NCBI GenBank assembly: GCA_003173895.1
Contig: PJMG01000012.1
Coordinates: 35,448 to 99,447, forward strand
From: Candidatus Levyibacteriota bacterium
Lineage (GTDB): Bacteria > Patescibacteriota > Microgenomatia > Levybacterales > UBA12049
DNA length: 64,000 bases
Direction of reading: 5' to 3'
This document shows positions 39,534-48,928 of the stretch, piece after piece. The notes below the pieces were generated by a model. That model made no database searches, had not been told where the DNA came from, and was given only the letters and a program-made list of their open reading frames with translations. Positions within the stretch are counted from its first letter, which is position 1. The number at the start of each line of letters is the position of its first letter. A program made the position numbers and the translations under genes.

Positions 39534-40421
39534 TTATTTATTAATTACCTCTAAAGCTTCTTTATAAGTGTTTTTTAAATAATTATTATTAGTTATTGTT
39601 CCTAAAATAATTAATAATACTGCTTTTGAACTCATTAAAAATTTAGCTATTAAATATTCGATAAATGATTTATGTTTTTTATAGAAATATAAAAGATTTT
39701 CATAAATATGAACTATCGCAAAAGTTCTATTAGTACTACCATGATCTTGATGTAAAATATTAATGTTAGGATAAAAATAGGTATTAAAACCGTTTAATTT
39801 AGCTCTATAACATAACTCCATATCTTCTGTATACATAAAAATCTTTTCATCAAATCCTTTTAATTTTTCAAAAACATTTTTTCTAATCATTAATAATCCT
39901 CCTTTAACCCAATCTACTTTAGAAATATTTTCAGGACTTTTATCTAAAATTCCATATTTTTGAAAACCTAAAAGTAAAAGTAAAACTTTATCCAAATTAT
40001 AAAAATCACCAGTGGAAGCTTGTAGAGTATCATCCATATTTTTCAGCTGTCCTCCTAAAATAGAAACTTCATTATGATCTTGCATATACTCTGCCATTTT
40101 TAAGATCCCCTTATCTTTAATAACTGTATCGTTATTTAAAAATAAAATAAAATCTCCTTTAGAAAATTTCGCTCCTAAATTACATCCTTTACTAAAACCT
40201 GCGTTTTCTGAATTTTCAATTATTTTAATATTTTGATATTTATTTTTTTTAATTATTGATTCCAGTTTTCTTACTGAGTCATCTCCAGAAGCATTATCTA
40301 CGATAATTAATTCAAAAATATTATTTTCAAATTCTGGTTTAAATTCTTTATAAAGCGATTCCATACACGTAATGGTTAAATTAGCTTTTTTATAATTTAA
40401 AGTAACGATTGAAACAAACAT
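39534..40421 (-). CDS. glycosyltransferase family 2 (WbbL-like)
   Basis: DNASGD, GFSKGCN, LNND, FMYTED. Confidence 0.9.
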   Translation of the reverse strand: MFVSIVTLNYKKANLTITCMESLYKEFKPEFENNIFELIIVDNASGDDSVRKLESIIKKNKYQNIKIIENSENAGFSKGCNLGAKFSKGDFILFLNNDTVIKDKGILKMAEYMQDHNEVSILGGQLKNMDDTLQASTGDFYNLDKVLLLLLGFQKYGILDKSPENISKVDWVKGGLLMIRKNVFEKLKGFDEKIFMYTEDMELCYRAKLNGFNTYFYPNINILHQDHGSTNRTFAIVHIYENLLYFYKKHKSFIEYLIAKFLMSSKAVLLIILGTITNNNYLKNTYKEALEVINK

Positions 40422-40425
40422 ATAT

Positions 40426-40680
40426 TTATAAACCTACACTAATGATGAAGTATAAAAGAGAGATACCTAAAATTCCAACGGCAAAATACTCTATCATTAC
40501 TTTAAATGAAAATGTGTGATGAAGTGCTTGATGTAAAATTCCCCATAAAACATAAAAGAGTGCCGTTAATGAAAGTATTTCTAATTGATAATTAATATTA
40601 CCTTTTAGACTACTAGCAAAACCAAATCCTAAAACTAGAATTAAGATAAGTATTGTATAGTGAAAAATATGTTTTTTCAT
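40426..40680 (-). CDS. small membrane protein
   Basis: Three TM, YVLWGILH..H..EY. Confidence 0.7.
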   Translation of the reverse strand: MKKHIFHYTILILILVLGFGFASSLKGNINYQLEILSLTALFYVLWGILHQALHHTFSFKVMIEYFAVGILGISLLYFIISVGL

Positions 40681-41549
40681 GGCGTTATACTACCTGCTGT
40701 TAAAAATATTATAAATACTAAAATACCAGCAAAAAATAAAATGTGATCTAAATTGTGTCCAGATAATCTATAAATTTTTTTTCGCTGGACTATAAATAGA
40801 TCTAGTGAAAAAACTATAATAAATAGAATTATAAGAATTTGTGCTAAATTTTTAGCGAAATTAAATCTATTAATAAGTGATGCTTCACTTACCATTTCAT
40901 TTACAGGATTATTACTAGCATAAGCATTATTAATCAAATTTTTAGAATTATTATTATTGGACAATGGTGCATTTCCTTTACCCCCAAACATTTCGACTAT
41001 TAAAACAGTGTTTTTTTCACCTGTTAAAGTTCCTTCTTTAACGGAAAATCCTATATCTTGATAGTCAGGAGATAAAATATTTTCTCTATGAGATGGGCTA
41101 TTCATCCAAGCATCCATCACATCACCAGGTGTAGTAAATCCGCGAGCTAAATTTTCACCAGCATATGTATAGTTATAATTTTCTTTTTGTATAAAATACC
41201 ATGGAGTTTTACCACTGGGAGATATATGTGCCCAATAATTTTCTGCGAACATATTATCTGCTTTTAAATCAGCAGCTTGAGCTAATTCAGCATTATAATT
41301 TAGAGGTTTTAATCCATTTTCTTCTCTCTGCTGATTAGTTAAAACTAAAAGTTGTTGGGTAGAAATATTTACAGACAAACCTAAAACTTTAGGATAATTA
41401 TTTTTAACATAGGATAATGAAATAGAAGCAATTAAAAATATTCCAGCAATTAAAAGTAAAATATCGTTGTGGAGAATTTTAGGTTTATGATTATTACTTT
41501 TATGAGGAATAAAAAAGTGTCTAAAAATATTACGATAACTTCTATTCAT
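40677..41549 (-). CDS. CAP (SCP) domain membrane protein
   Basis: TNQQR, YWAH, AGENLA, WMNSPSHRENIL; start ATG 41549. Confidence 0.9.
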   Translation of the reverse strand: MNRSYRNIFRHFFIPHKSNNHKPKILHNDILLLIAGIFLIASISLSYVKNNYPKVLGLSVNISTQQLLVLTNQQREENGLKPLNYNAELAQAADLKADNMFAENYWAHISPSGKTPWYFIQKENYNYTYAGENLARGFTTPGDVMDAWMNSPSHRENILSPDYQDIGFSVKEGTLTGEKNTVLIVEMFGGKGNAPLSNNNNSKNLINNAYASNNPVNEMVSEASLINRFNFAKNLAQILIILFIIVFSLDLFIVQRKKIYRLSGHNLDHILFFAGILVFIIFLTAGSITP

Positions 41550-41565
41550 AGAAACAGTATAACGT

Positions 41566-41889
41566 TTATGAATAAATGGGTGCAATAGATTTTTTTATAT
41601 TAAACTTTTTACTATTTAATTTAATCCCTAATGCATAAGAAATGGCCTGAGCGACAGAAATCCCTACTCTAAGTCCAGTAAAAGATCCAGGTCCTGTAAA
41701 AACCTCTATATCATCTAAATCTTTAAATTTTAATTTATTTTCTTTTAAGATTTCAACAATTAGTGGTAATAAAGTCTGACTTTTACGATTAGCAACTTTA
41801 GTTTTTTTTATTTTTTTAATACCAATACTTAATTTTACTTTAGCCAAATCCTTATCAGATGTGTCAATGAATAATTTTATATTTTTCAT
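41566..41889 (-). CDS. tsaB: short tRNA t6A biosynthesis protein TsaB (N-terminal half only)
   Basis: IDTS, LLPLI, GPGSFTGLRVG. Confidence 0.85.
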   Translation of the reverse strand: MKNIKLFIDTSDKDLAKVKLSIGIKKIKKTKVANRKSQTLLPLIVEILKENKLKFKDLDDIEVFTGPGSFTGLRVGISVAQAISYALGIKLNSKKFNIKKSIAPIYS

Positions 41890-41929
41890 ATTTATTAATC
41901 AAATCCTATAGATATTTATCTTTTTAATA

Positions 41930-42095
41930 AAAAGTGAGCAAATATATATTTTAAAATGCATTGAAAGTTTGCTCTATGATAATTTTTAAATTTAATTTAA
42001 GTTTGGTAGCAAACTTTCACGAGCAAGAATGATATTTAATATTAATTTACAAAGCAATGTTTTCGAGCGTCTTTTAAAATATATTTTGCGAACTC
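41930..42095 (+). repeat. ~165-bp branched repeat, copy 1
   Basis: GAGCA..TATATTTTAAAA..TTGAAAGTTTGCT..AGCAAACTTTCA..TTTTAAAATATATTTTGCGA. Confidence 0.88.
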
Positions 42096-42131
42096 AAAAC
42101 AAAATCAATCTTATTACAAACCTCTGCTAAC

Positions 42132-42713
42132 TTATAAATTAATTTTAATTACTCCTTCTCTTATAATTTTCCACTCTTTCCTTGTCACGTCAATTATAGT
42201 CGAAGACAACGAACCTTTACAAACTCCAGGTAATACAAAATCCACTTTCTCTAAAAGTTTTTGATCTAAATCTTCCAATTTAGAACTGGAAGGTTTACCA
42301 TGAAAATTAGCAGAAGTACCTATAATAGGAACACTGATTTTTTCAATTATCTCAAGCAGATTTTTATCATCAGGCATGCGAACTGCTACAGTATCTTTAT
42401 TAGAACGAACAATTTCCAGAACTTTATCTTTCTTAACTTTAGTTACAATTGTTAATCCTCCTGGCCAATATTTATTAATTAATTCTTCAATAACATTTTT
42501 ATTAAATGGCTCTACATACTTTTGAGCCATTTCTACTGAAGAAATTAAAATCGGTAAAGGTACCTTTTCCTTTCTTTTTTTAATTTCAAAAATTCTTTTT
42601 ATAGCTTTTTTATTATCAATCCTACACCCAATTCCAAAAACAGTATCTGTAGGAAAAATCACTACTCCACCATTTTTAAAAACCTCGATGGCTTTTTCTA
42701 AACTAGGATTCAT
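42132..42713 (-). CDS. tsaC: L-threonylcarbamoyladenylate synthase (YrdC/Sua5)
   Basis: FPTDTVFG, IKKR, WPGGLT, VAVRMP, TSAN. Confidence 0.93.
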   Translation of the reverse strand: MNPSLEKAIEVFKNGGVVIFPTDTVFGIGCRIDNKKAIKRIFEIKKRKEKVPLPILISSVEMAQKYVEPFNKNVIEELINKYWPGGLTIVTKVKKDKVLEIVRSNKDTVAVRMPDDKNLLEIIEKISVPIIGTSANFHGKPSSSKLEDLDQKLLEKVDFVLPGVCKGSLSSTIIDVTRKEWKIIREGVIKINL

Positions 42714-42748
42714 AATTCAAACTATATTATAGTATAAAAAGTTTAATC

Positions 42749-42804
42749 AAAAGCGAGCAGAAGTATATTTTAAAACGCATTGAAAGTTTGCTCTATGATA
42801 ATTT
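42749..42804 (+). repeat. branched repeat, copy 2 (left arm only), overlapping tsaE 3' end
   Basis: AAAAGCGAGCAGAAGTATATTTTAAAACGCATTGAAAGTTTGCTCTATGATAATTT. Confidence 0.85.
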
Positions 42805-43276
42805 CTCTTTTATTCTCATCTAAAATCTCAAATTTTATTTCCCATCTTTTCTCAGGTAAAAATTTACCTAACTTTTCCGGCCATTCAATGGCTACAATAT
42901 TATTCTTTTCTTTTAAAATATCTAATAATCCTGTAGATTCTAAATCATTTTCATTTTCTAAACGATATAAATCCGCATGATAAAAATTACTAAATTCTTC
43001 AATCTTAACCTTATTTACATTTTTCACTTTTAACTTTTCACTTTTAACTTTATAGCTTCTTACTATTATAAATGTTGGGGAGATAATTCTGTGCTTTATA
43101 CCTAAACCTTTAGCTAACCCTTTAACAAATTGCGTTTTACCTGCTCCTAAATTACCATATAAACAAATGACATCTCCTATTTCTAATTTTTTTGCAAAGT
43201 CAAATCCTAACTTCTCAGTTTCTTCACTACTATTAGTTACCAAAATTTTTTTAAATTTATTTTCCCTTTTTTCCAT
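42770..43276 (-). CDS. tsaE: tRNA t6A biosynthesis ATPase TsaE
   Basis: GNLGAGKT, SPTF, HADLYRL, IEW. Confidence 0.93.
   Translation of the reverse strand: MEKRENKFKKILVTNSSEETEKLGFDFAKKLEIGDVICLYGNLGAGKTQFVKGLAKGLGIKHRIISPTFIIVRSYKVKSEKLKVKNVNKVKIEEFSNFYHADLYRLENENDLESTGLLDILKEKNNIVAIEWPEKLGKFLPEKRWEIKFEILDENKREIIIEQTFNAF
43021..43052. repeat. heptamer repeat (TTTTCAC TTTTAAC)2 inside tsaE
   Basis: Encodes KVKSEKLKVK between SPTF and HADLYR. Confidence 0.8.
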
Positions 43277-44118
43277 AACTGAAATCCTAATATACCACAT
43301 GATAATAGCAAAATAAAAACTCCAATAAAAATATAGATCACATTTGCGCTATTATTCACATTCTTAGTACTGTTTTTATTAGTTTTTTTAACACTTGTAC
43401 CTAGTACTTCACCTTTCCATAAATTATTATCAATGGTCACTGAAGGAGAATCTGTAGCTGTAGAGGACTTTGTAGCAGCCGTATTCGGTTTTAAATCAAC
43501 TTTCGTAGGATTTCTAGTCGGAATTTTCGTCGCTGTAGGAATAGGAGTATTGGTAGGAGACTTAGAAGTAGGCAAAGGCGTAGGCGTATTCGTAGGGTTT
43601 GGTGTTGGTGTGGGAGTATCAGTCGGGGTAGGCGTAGGAGGAACTGTAATATTTACAGTCACAATATTAGACCAAGTAGCAGTACTTCCCGTTTCAGTAT
43701 AACGCCCAATTTTCAGGTCGTAAGATCCACTTCCTGTTGTAAAGTTTGGATCGTCAGAGTCTATTCTTCCTTGAATATCACCATTCCAAACTCCATTATT
43801 ATCAGTAGTAATACTTAAAAAACTGGAATAATTTATAGGAGGTGGTGTCCCGTTATACCAACCAGTACCATTATAAGTGGATCCAAAATAATTAGAAGTT
43901 CCAGTTGGGGCTAAAGCCAGACGTAAACGATAGATCGCATTTTTAGAAAGTCCACTCATAGTAGCAGTTACATTAAAAGAAGTATCCAGAGTTAGAGTAT
44001 CCGTTGGGTAAGAAATAATAGTTGGTGCGGAAGCAAGAATTTTATTGGGGAAAAATAGAAAGATTAAAAGTAAAAAAAGAATTTCAAAAAATTTTCCAAG
44101 CTTCAGGGCAGCTCTCAT
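43237..44118 (-). CDS. surface protein with Ig-like beta domain, Pro/Thr-rich linker and C-terminal TM
   Basis: Signal-like N-terminus, PTPTPT repeats, GEVLG, C-terminal TM. Confidence 0.75.
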   Translation of the reverse strand: MRAALKLGKFFEILFLLLIFLFFPNKILASAPTIISYPTDTLTLDTSFNVTATMSGLSKNAIYRLRLALAPTGTSNYFGSTYNGTGWYNGTPPPINYSSFLSITTDNNGVWNGDIQGRIDSDDPNFTTGSGSYDLKIGRYTETGSTATWSNIVTVNITVPPTPTPTDTPTPTPNPTNTPTPLPTSKSPTNTPIPTATKIPTRNPTKVDLKPNTAATKSSTATDSPSVTIDNNLWKGEVLGTSVKKTNKNSTKNVNNSANVIYIFIGVFILLLSCGILGFQLWKKGKINLKKFW

Positions 44119-44156
44119 AAATTAATTATGTTTCAATTTTTATATATTTGCAAATT

Positions 44157-45365
44157 TTATAATATTTGCACTCGATCTACTTCTACGATAGGCTCTGTGG
44201 GATATGTACCTCTGAAAGAAATATCATGTCCATTTGGAGTAAAAGGATCATTCATTTGATAGTTACCATTAGATCCACTTATTAAAACTACGAAATGATC
44301 TGCTATTGGTCCACCATCATAACTAATACCTACGATTACTGGATCACCACCTGATAAAACACTATCTATAGAAGCATTAGCTCGTTGAGCACTTACGCCC
44401 CCTGCAGAAATGGTAAATAAAAGATAAGCTGTAGAAGAGAAAAAGTTTGAGGAGTTAGAATTTATATCCAAAGGTGTAACTTTATGTCCATAATGGGTTA
44501 TTACCATAGCCATACTAGTCATCAAGCACCCATAACTAGCTATAGACGAATCTGTTCCATTAATTCCTATACCTCCCCACTGTGAATCTCTTTGATTATA
44601 ATAACAGCCCCACCCATCACAAACTGTTTGATTAGACAGAAGACTAGCTCCTCCCTGAGCAGCTACGAAATTTCCAAAACCAGCCAATTGTGCTTTAGCT
44701 TGGTTCAGTAAATGTTGATAATTTTCTTCACTATTTTGAGTTTCTGTAAGTAAAGTCTGTTTTTGAGTTTTTTGTGTATTTAATTGATCAGTATATTGTT
44801 GAAGCTGAGCTTGTAAAGATACCACTTGCTGTTTTTTAGTTTCTAGAATTTGTTTTTGGTTAGTGTAATCATCTTTAGCCTGCACTGTAGCGAATGCTAC
44901 TTGTCTATCATTAGCTTCTACTATTTGTAAATAATTCTCGCGATTCACAAAATCGCTTATATTATTAGATGCTAAAATAGATTGAATAGGCGGTTGTGTA
45001 CCTACTTCATAACTTTTTCTAATTCTATTATAGAAAATCTTACTTAAAGTCTGAAAAGCATTATTCAAACTTCCTATTTTTTGAGTTGTACTATCTATAT
45101 CTTCTTCAAGAGAAATAATTTGTGCTTGAGTCGCATCTATTCTAGCTTGGGTTAATTCAATTTGCCCATTCATTACGGCTATTTGATTAGAAAGTGTATT
45201 AGCTTGCCCTTTCAAATCCGTAAGTTTACTTTGGAGAGAATTTATAAGATTTTGACAGTCAGCTTGAGAAGAACACGAAACATCGTCAGCTAAAGTTTTA
45301 TTGGCTGATAAATTAAATACGATAAATAAAGCTAAAACAATGGTAAAAATCTTCAGAAATTTCAT
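44157..45365 (-). CDS. PcsB/CwlO-like coiled-coil protein with C39-like cysteine peptidase domain
   Basis: Signal peptide, long coiled coil, YYNQRD.QW, GCLMTS.AMV, HFVV, NDP; follows ftsEX. Confidence 0.8.
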   Translation of the reverse strand: MKFLKIFTIVLALFIVFNLSANKTLADDVSCSSQADCQNLINSLQSKLTDLKGQANTLSNQIAVMNGQIELTQARIDATQAQIISLEEDIDSTTQKIGSLNNAFQTLSKIFYNRIRKSYEVGTQPPIQSILASNNISDFVNRENYLQIVEANDRQVAFATVQAKDDYTNQKQILETKKQQVVSLQAQLQQYTDQLNTQKTQKQTLLTETQNSEENYQHLLNQAKAQLAGFGNFVAAQGGASLLSNQTVCDGWGCYYNQRDSQWGGIGINGTDSSIASYGCLMTSMAMVITHYGHKVTPLDINSNSSNFFSSTAYLLFTISAGGVSAQRANASIDSVLSGGDPVIVGISYDGGPIADHFVVLISGSNGNYQMNDPFTPNGHDISFRGTYPTEPIVEVDRVQIL

Positions 45366-45383
45366 ACTTCTAAATTTTTAACT

Positions 45384-45451
45384 TGTCATCCTGAGCAACG
45401 CGAAGGATCTCATTCTATAGATAGAGATTCTTCACTTCGTTCAGAATGACA
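45384..45451. repeat. REP-like TGTCAT doublet (68 bp), intergenic
   Basis: TGTCATCCTGAGCAACGCGAAGGATCT...AGATTCTTCACTTCGTTCAGAATGACA; reverse complement of 51312-51379 with about 5 mismatches. Confidence 0.92.
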
Positions 45452-45479
45452 AATGAGTTTTAACGAAGCAAATTTAAAT

Positions 45480-46349
45480 TTATTTTAAATATCTATAAAC
45501 CGCAATCAAGCTAGAATAAAGACCTAGTAGTACTGCTAAGATAATTTCAAAACCTAAAAGAGCCAGTAAAAAGTAAGGATTTGCAGGAAGCACTGGAATA
45601 CCTTTTAGAAATGACATTAAATAGGGAGTAGCATATAAAAGAGTACCTGTAGTAATCACCCAACCTAAAACTGCTCCTACTAAAGCATAAAAAATTCCTT
45701 CATACACAAAAGGCCAAGCTATGTATAAATTAGTCGCGCCAATTAAACGCATTATTTCTATATCTTCTCTTTTTTGTGAAACTTTAATGCCAATTATGGT
45801 AGCCATTATAAAAAGTGAAACTAGGATTAATGTACCTATTAGCACTAATCCTATTTTTCGAACGGCACCAGTCCAAGAAACTAAAGTAGAAACTATATCT
45901 TGTTGATAAACTACTTGATCTACGATAGTAGAACTTTTTACTTGCGAGGCCAGGCTAGCTAAATCATCTATATTATTAGCGGAAATTTCTAAAGACGCGG
46001 GAAGTATATCTGCTGTTACTAGTTGCAATAACAAGGGATCATTTTTATTTTGTGCTTTATATAATTGTAATGCTTGTTCTTTAGAAACAAATTTTAAACT
46101 GGAAACTTTACCAGTAGCTTTAAGTTGATTTTCTAAAGTAGTTATTTGAGCTGGAGTAGCTGCATCTTGGAAAAATGCAGTGACTTGAGGTTTGGATTCA
46201 AAATAATTAATTACTATTTGTGATCCAACAGTTATAAAACCAAATGCTGAAATTACCATAAAAGTAAGAAGCATTATAAAAATAGCAGCTAGTGCCTGAT
46301 ATGGCGAACGTCTGATATGATGATATGCTGTTTTTATATGTTTTTTCAT
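45480..46349 (-). CDS. ftsX: cell division permease FtsX
   Basis: VSKEQAL, LPASLEI, EIMRLIGAT, PF.YEG. Confidence 0.93.
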   Translation of the reverse strand: MKKHIKTAYHHIRRSPYQALAAIFIMLLTFMVISAFGFITVGSQIVINYFESKPQVTAFFQDAATPAQITTLENQLKATGKVSSLKFVSKEQALQLYKAQNKNDPLLLQLVTADILPASLEISANNIDDLASLASQVKSSTIVDQVVYQQDIVSTLVSWTGAVRKIGLVLIGTLILVSLFIMATIIGIKVSQKREDIEIMRLIGATNLYIAWPFVYEGIFYALVGAVLGWVITTGTLLYATPYLMSFLKGIPVLPANPYFLLALLGFEIILAVLLGLYSSLIAVYRYLK

Positions 46350-46351
46350 AT

Positions 46352-47365
46352 CTATTTTTTAAACTTAAATCTCTCAGCTAATTTTCCACCAAAAAGTCCT
46401 TTTTTAATCTGAGGTTTTTCTTCATCTATTCTATCTTTTTCAATTGTTTCGTCCTCTAAATTTTTTTCTTTTTTATGATCTTCTTTATGTTTGGATTTAT
46501 CTACTGGTATTTTTTCATCAACTTTTTCATGTTCTACTCTATCTTCAACTTCTTCTTTTTTATCTTTATTTTTTTCATCCAAAGGATGATCAGCCTTTGG
46601 ATGAATTTTCTCATGTTTATCTTTTACTTTTTCTTTAGCTTCTTTTACATTTTCCATTTTCTCTTCATCCAATTTTTCCTTCTCATTCTTACCATTTTTC
46701 TTAGAATCTGAGATCATTTTTCCACTATCTAATTTTATAACTCTATTTTTAGGATATTTTTTTAAAATTTCTAAATTATGTGTAGCCATAATTATTGTTG
46801 TGCCTGCTGCCTTATTAATAGTATCTAAAAGCTCTACTATTCCAAATGCTGTATCAGAATCTAAATTACCAGTTGGTTCATCAGCTAAGATCATCAAAGG
46901 ATCTAAAGTTAAAGCACGAGCTATAGCTGCTCTCTGAAGTTCTCCTCCTGAAAGTTGAATAGGAAATTTATCTTTATGTTCCATAATCCCTACTTTTTCT
47001 AGAAGTTCTAAGGCTTTATTCAAAGCCTCTTTTGGATGAGATCCTCTGATCTCAAAAGGTAGTAGAACATTTTCTAGAATGGTCTTATCATTTAAAAGTT
47101 TTAAATCTTGGAAAACCACTCCGATTTTAGACCTTAAAGCAGGAATTTTATTTTTAGGGAGTTTAGAAATATCTACTTCTTCTATAGTTATAACTCCGCT
47201 ACTAGGAAGATATTCGCGAATTAAAAGTCTAAGAAGTGTAGTTTTACCCGAACCAGTGTGTCCTACGAGAAAAACAAATTCCCCTTTATCTATTTCTAGA
47301 TTTAGAGTATCTAGTCCAATAGTACCTGTGGAAAAAGTCTTTGAAACATCAGTTAAAACAATCAT
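46352..47365 (-). CDS. ftsE: cell division ATPase FtsE with long charged C-terminal tail
   Basis: GHTGSGKTT, IGVVFQD, LSGGE, ADEPTGNLD. Confidence 0.93.
   Translation of the reverse strand: MIVLTDVSKTFSTGTIGLDTLNLEIDKGEFVFLVGHTGSGKTTLLRLLIREYLPSSGVITIEEVDISKLPKNKIPALRSKIGVVFQDLKLLNDKTILENVLLPFEIRGSHPKEALNKALELLEKVGIMEHKDKFPIQLSGGELQRAAIARALTLDPLMILADEPTGNLDSDTAFGIVELLDTINKAAGTTIIMATHNLEILKKYPKNRVIKLDSGKMISDSKKNGKNEKEKLDEEKMENVKEAKEKVKDKHEKIHPKADHPLDEKNKDKKEEVEDRVEHEKVDEKIPVDKSKHKEDHKKEKNLEDETIEKDRIDEEKPQIKKGLFGGKLAERFKFKK
46574..46605. repeat. 32-bp near-perfect palindrome inside ftsE tail
   Basis: TTCATCCAAAGG-A-TGATCA-G-CCTTTGGATGAA; encodes IHPKADHPLDE. Confidence 0.8.
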
Positions 47366-47833
47366 CTAGTTTTCCACCTCCACACGTCCTACATCCATGA
47401 GCCAACCTGCTGTTTGAGCTTTTTGTGTGGCTCCATTGACTTTAACTTTATGATTTATAAACATAGATAAATCAACTGAAGATGAGGTTAAATAAACATA
47501 TTGAGATGGGCCTCCACTCCGGACTAAATGATATTGTCCTTCGTTATTAATGCCTCCTTTTTGTAATACACCTTCAGCACTATCAGGGAAGGAAGATAAG
47601 TTACTAGCTCCAAAAACCATTCCTTTTGAGACAGCTGTTTTACTACCTGTAGTCGATGACATTACCTGACTCGCTGAACCAGTAGTCATTTTAAATACCA
47701 AATAACCCACAGAAGCTCCAACTACTATAGTAAATATTAAAAATAAAATGGCGCCCATTGGAGGATTTTTCTTATTTTTCTCCTCAAATTTATGAAACGC
47801 CTGATTATTACTTTGTGCACTTTGTTCTTCCAT
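47366..47833 (-). CDS. membrane-anchored hypothetical protein (possible OB-fold)
   Basis: TM then DSAEG, EGQYHL, YLTSS.VDL, GWLMDVGR; SD AGGTAGGTG. Confidence 0.75.
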   Translation of the reverse strand: MEEQSAQSNNQAFHKFEEKNKKNPPMGAILFLIFTIVVGASVGYLVFKMTTGSASQVMSSTTGSKTAVSKGMVFGASNLSSFPDSAEGVLQKGGINNEGQYHLVRSGGPSQYVYLTSSSVDLSMFINHKVKVNGATQKAQTAGWLMDVGRVEVEN

Positions 47834-47935
47834 AATTCACCTACCTTTAAATTCTCTACTGGGATATATATTTAGTAAAACATATTTACTGTTCTTTCGC
47901 AACAGATTAGTAGATATTTTTGATATAATATGTTT

Positions 47936-48238
47936 GTGATAAAAGATGTTTTAATCACTTTGATCTCTGTATTAGGTGGTTATAAATTTAGCGACTATAT
48001 TATCGGTAAAAAAGCTAAAAAATTACATTTTTTGGGTTATAAGATTTCTAAAAAACATCATGTTCATCACAGTATGTATGGATTAGTTCCCTTCTTTATC
48101 GCTCCTTTTACTCTGGCTAATATTACACTCACTATTACTATAGTAGGATTTGGTATAGGAATTATAATAGAACACACAGTACATGAAGGATTTGTTTTTA
48201 TAAATAAAGTAGAAAAGGAATTAAGTAATATTGATTAA
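47936..48238 (+). CDS. small membrane protein
   Basis: HVHHSMYG motif plus TMs; GTG 47936 is 6 nt after TG-A-TATAAT (alternative ATG 47930). Confidence 0.65.
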   Translation: MIKDVLITLISVLGGYKFSDYIIGKKAKKLHFLGYKISKKHHVHHSMYGLVPFFIAPFTLANITLTITIVGFGIGIIIEHTVHEGFVFINKVEKELSNID

Positions 48239-48924
48239 TTTAGTATTTCAATAATCTCAGGATCCCATGTAAGTGAAGCATTAGTTAGTTGATCACATTC
48301 AATATCATATTCTCCGTGTCTATTCTCAATATTAGTTGGAAATGGATCTAAAACATGAAACATATTATCTTTGTATCCTGTTACTAAAACAAAGTGTCCT
48401 TCAAGTCCTCCTTTAATATCATCTACTATTCTTTCTTTTCCTACCATTTTTAGTCTATGACCCCATGCCCAATCTTCATCAATGCAAAGAATTACTAAAG
48501 ATTTTTTATCTAACATGTCTTTAATAGTTTGGGATGAATATGATTTCTGTTCTAGATCTCCACCGTCTTCAAGATAATCTAAAATATATGTAACTTCCTT
48601 ACGCCAGAGATTCTTTGGATGAAAATTAAGCCATTCCTTAATATTTTCAATTAATTTATCTTTTGGTAAATCTCGCCAAGCGTAGGATAATACCTTGCTA
48701 GTTGAAGTAACTAGTTTTGTTTTTATTCCGTTCTTATGTACATGTGAAACAAGTTGAGCTGCATAGGTTGGTTTACCTCTTTTAGGATGCCCAAAGTCTT
48801 TTAGAACATCTCCTAACTTTATATCTTTACCTTTCATGGAATATACCATAGCTACACAACATGGGCCACACGTATATGAGTTTGATGCTTGAAATATATG
48901 AATATTTTTATATTTACTATCCAT
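48235..48924 (-). CDS. peptidase C39-like protein
   Basis: Q....TCGPCC, GHFVLVTG, LDP papain-like triad. Confidence 0.78.
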   Translation of the reverse strand: MDSKYKNIHIFQASNSYTCGPCCVAMVYSMKGKDIKLGDVLKDFGHPKRGKPTYAAQLVSHVHKNGIKTKLVTSTSKVLSYAWRDLPKDKLIENIKEWLNFHPKNLWRKEVTYILDYLEDGGDLEQKSYSSQTIKDMLDKKSLVILCIDEDWAWGHRLKMVGKERIVDDIKGGLEGHFVLVTGYKDNMFHVLDPFPTNIENRHGEYDIECDQLTNASLTWDPEIIEILN

Positions 48925-48928
48925 AAAC

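Noticed and set aside
41930-42095. 165-bp repeats as integron attC sites
   Set aside because: No GTTRRRY/RYYYAAC ends, flanking genes are housekeeping, no integron integrase.
43540-43645. GC-richer repetitive stretch as a mobile element
   Set aside because: Explained by Pro/Thr linker codons.
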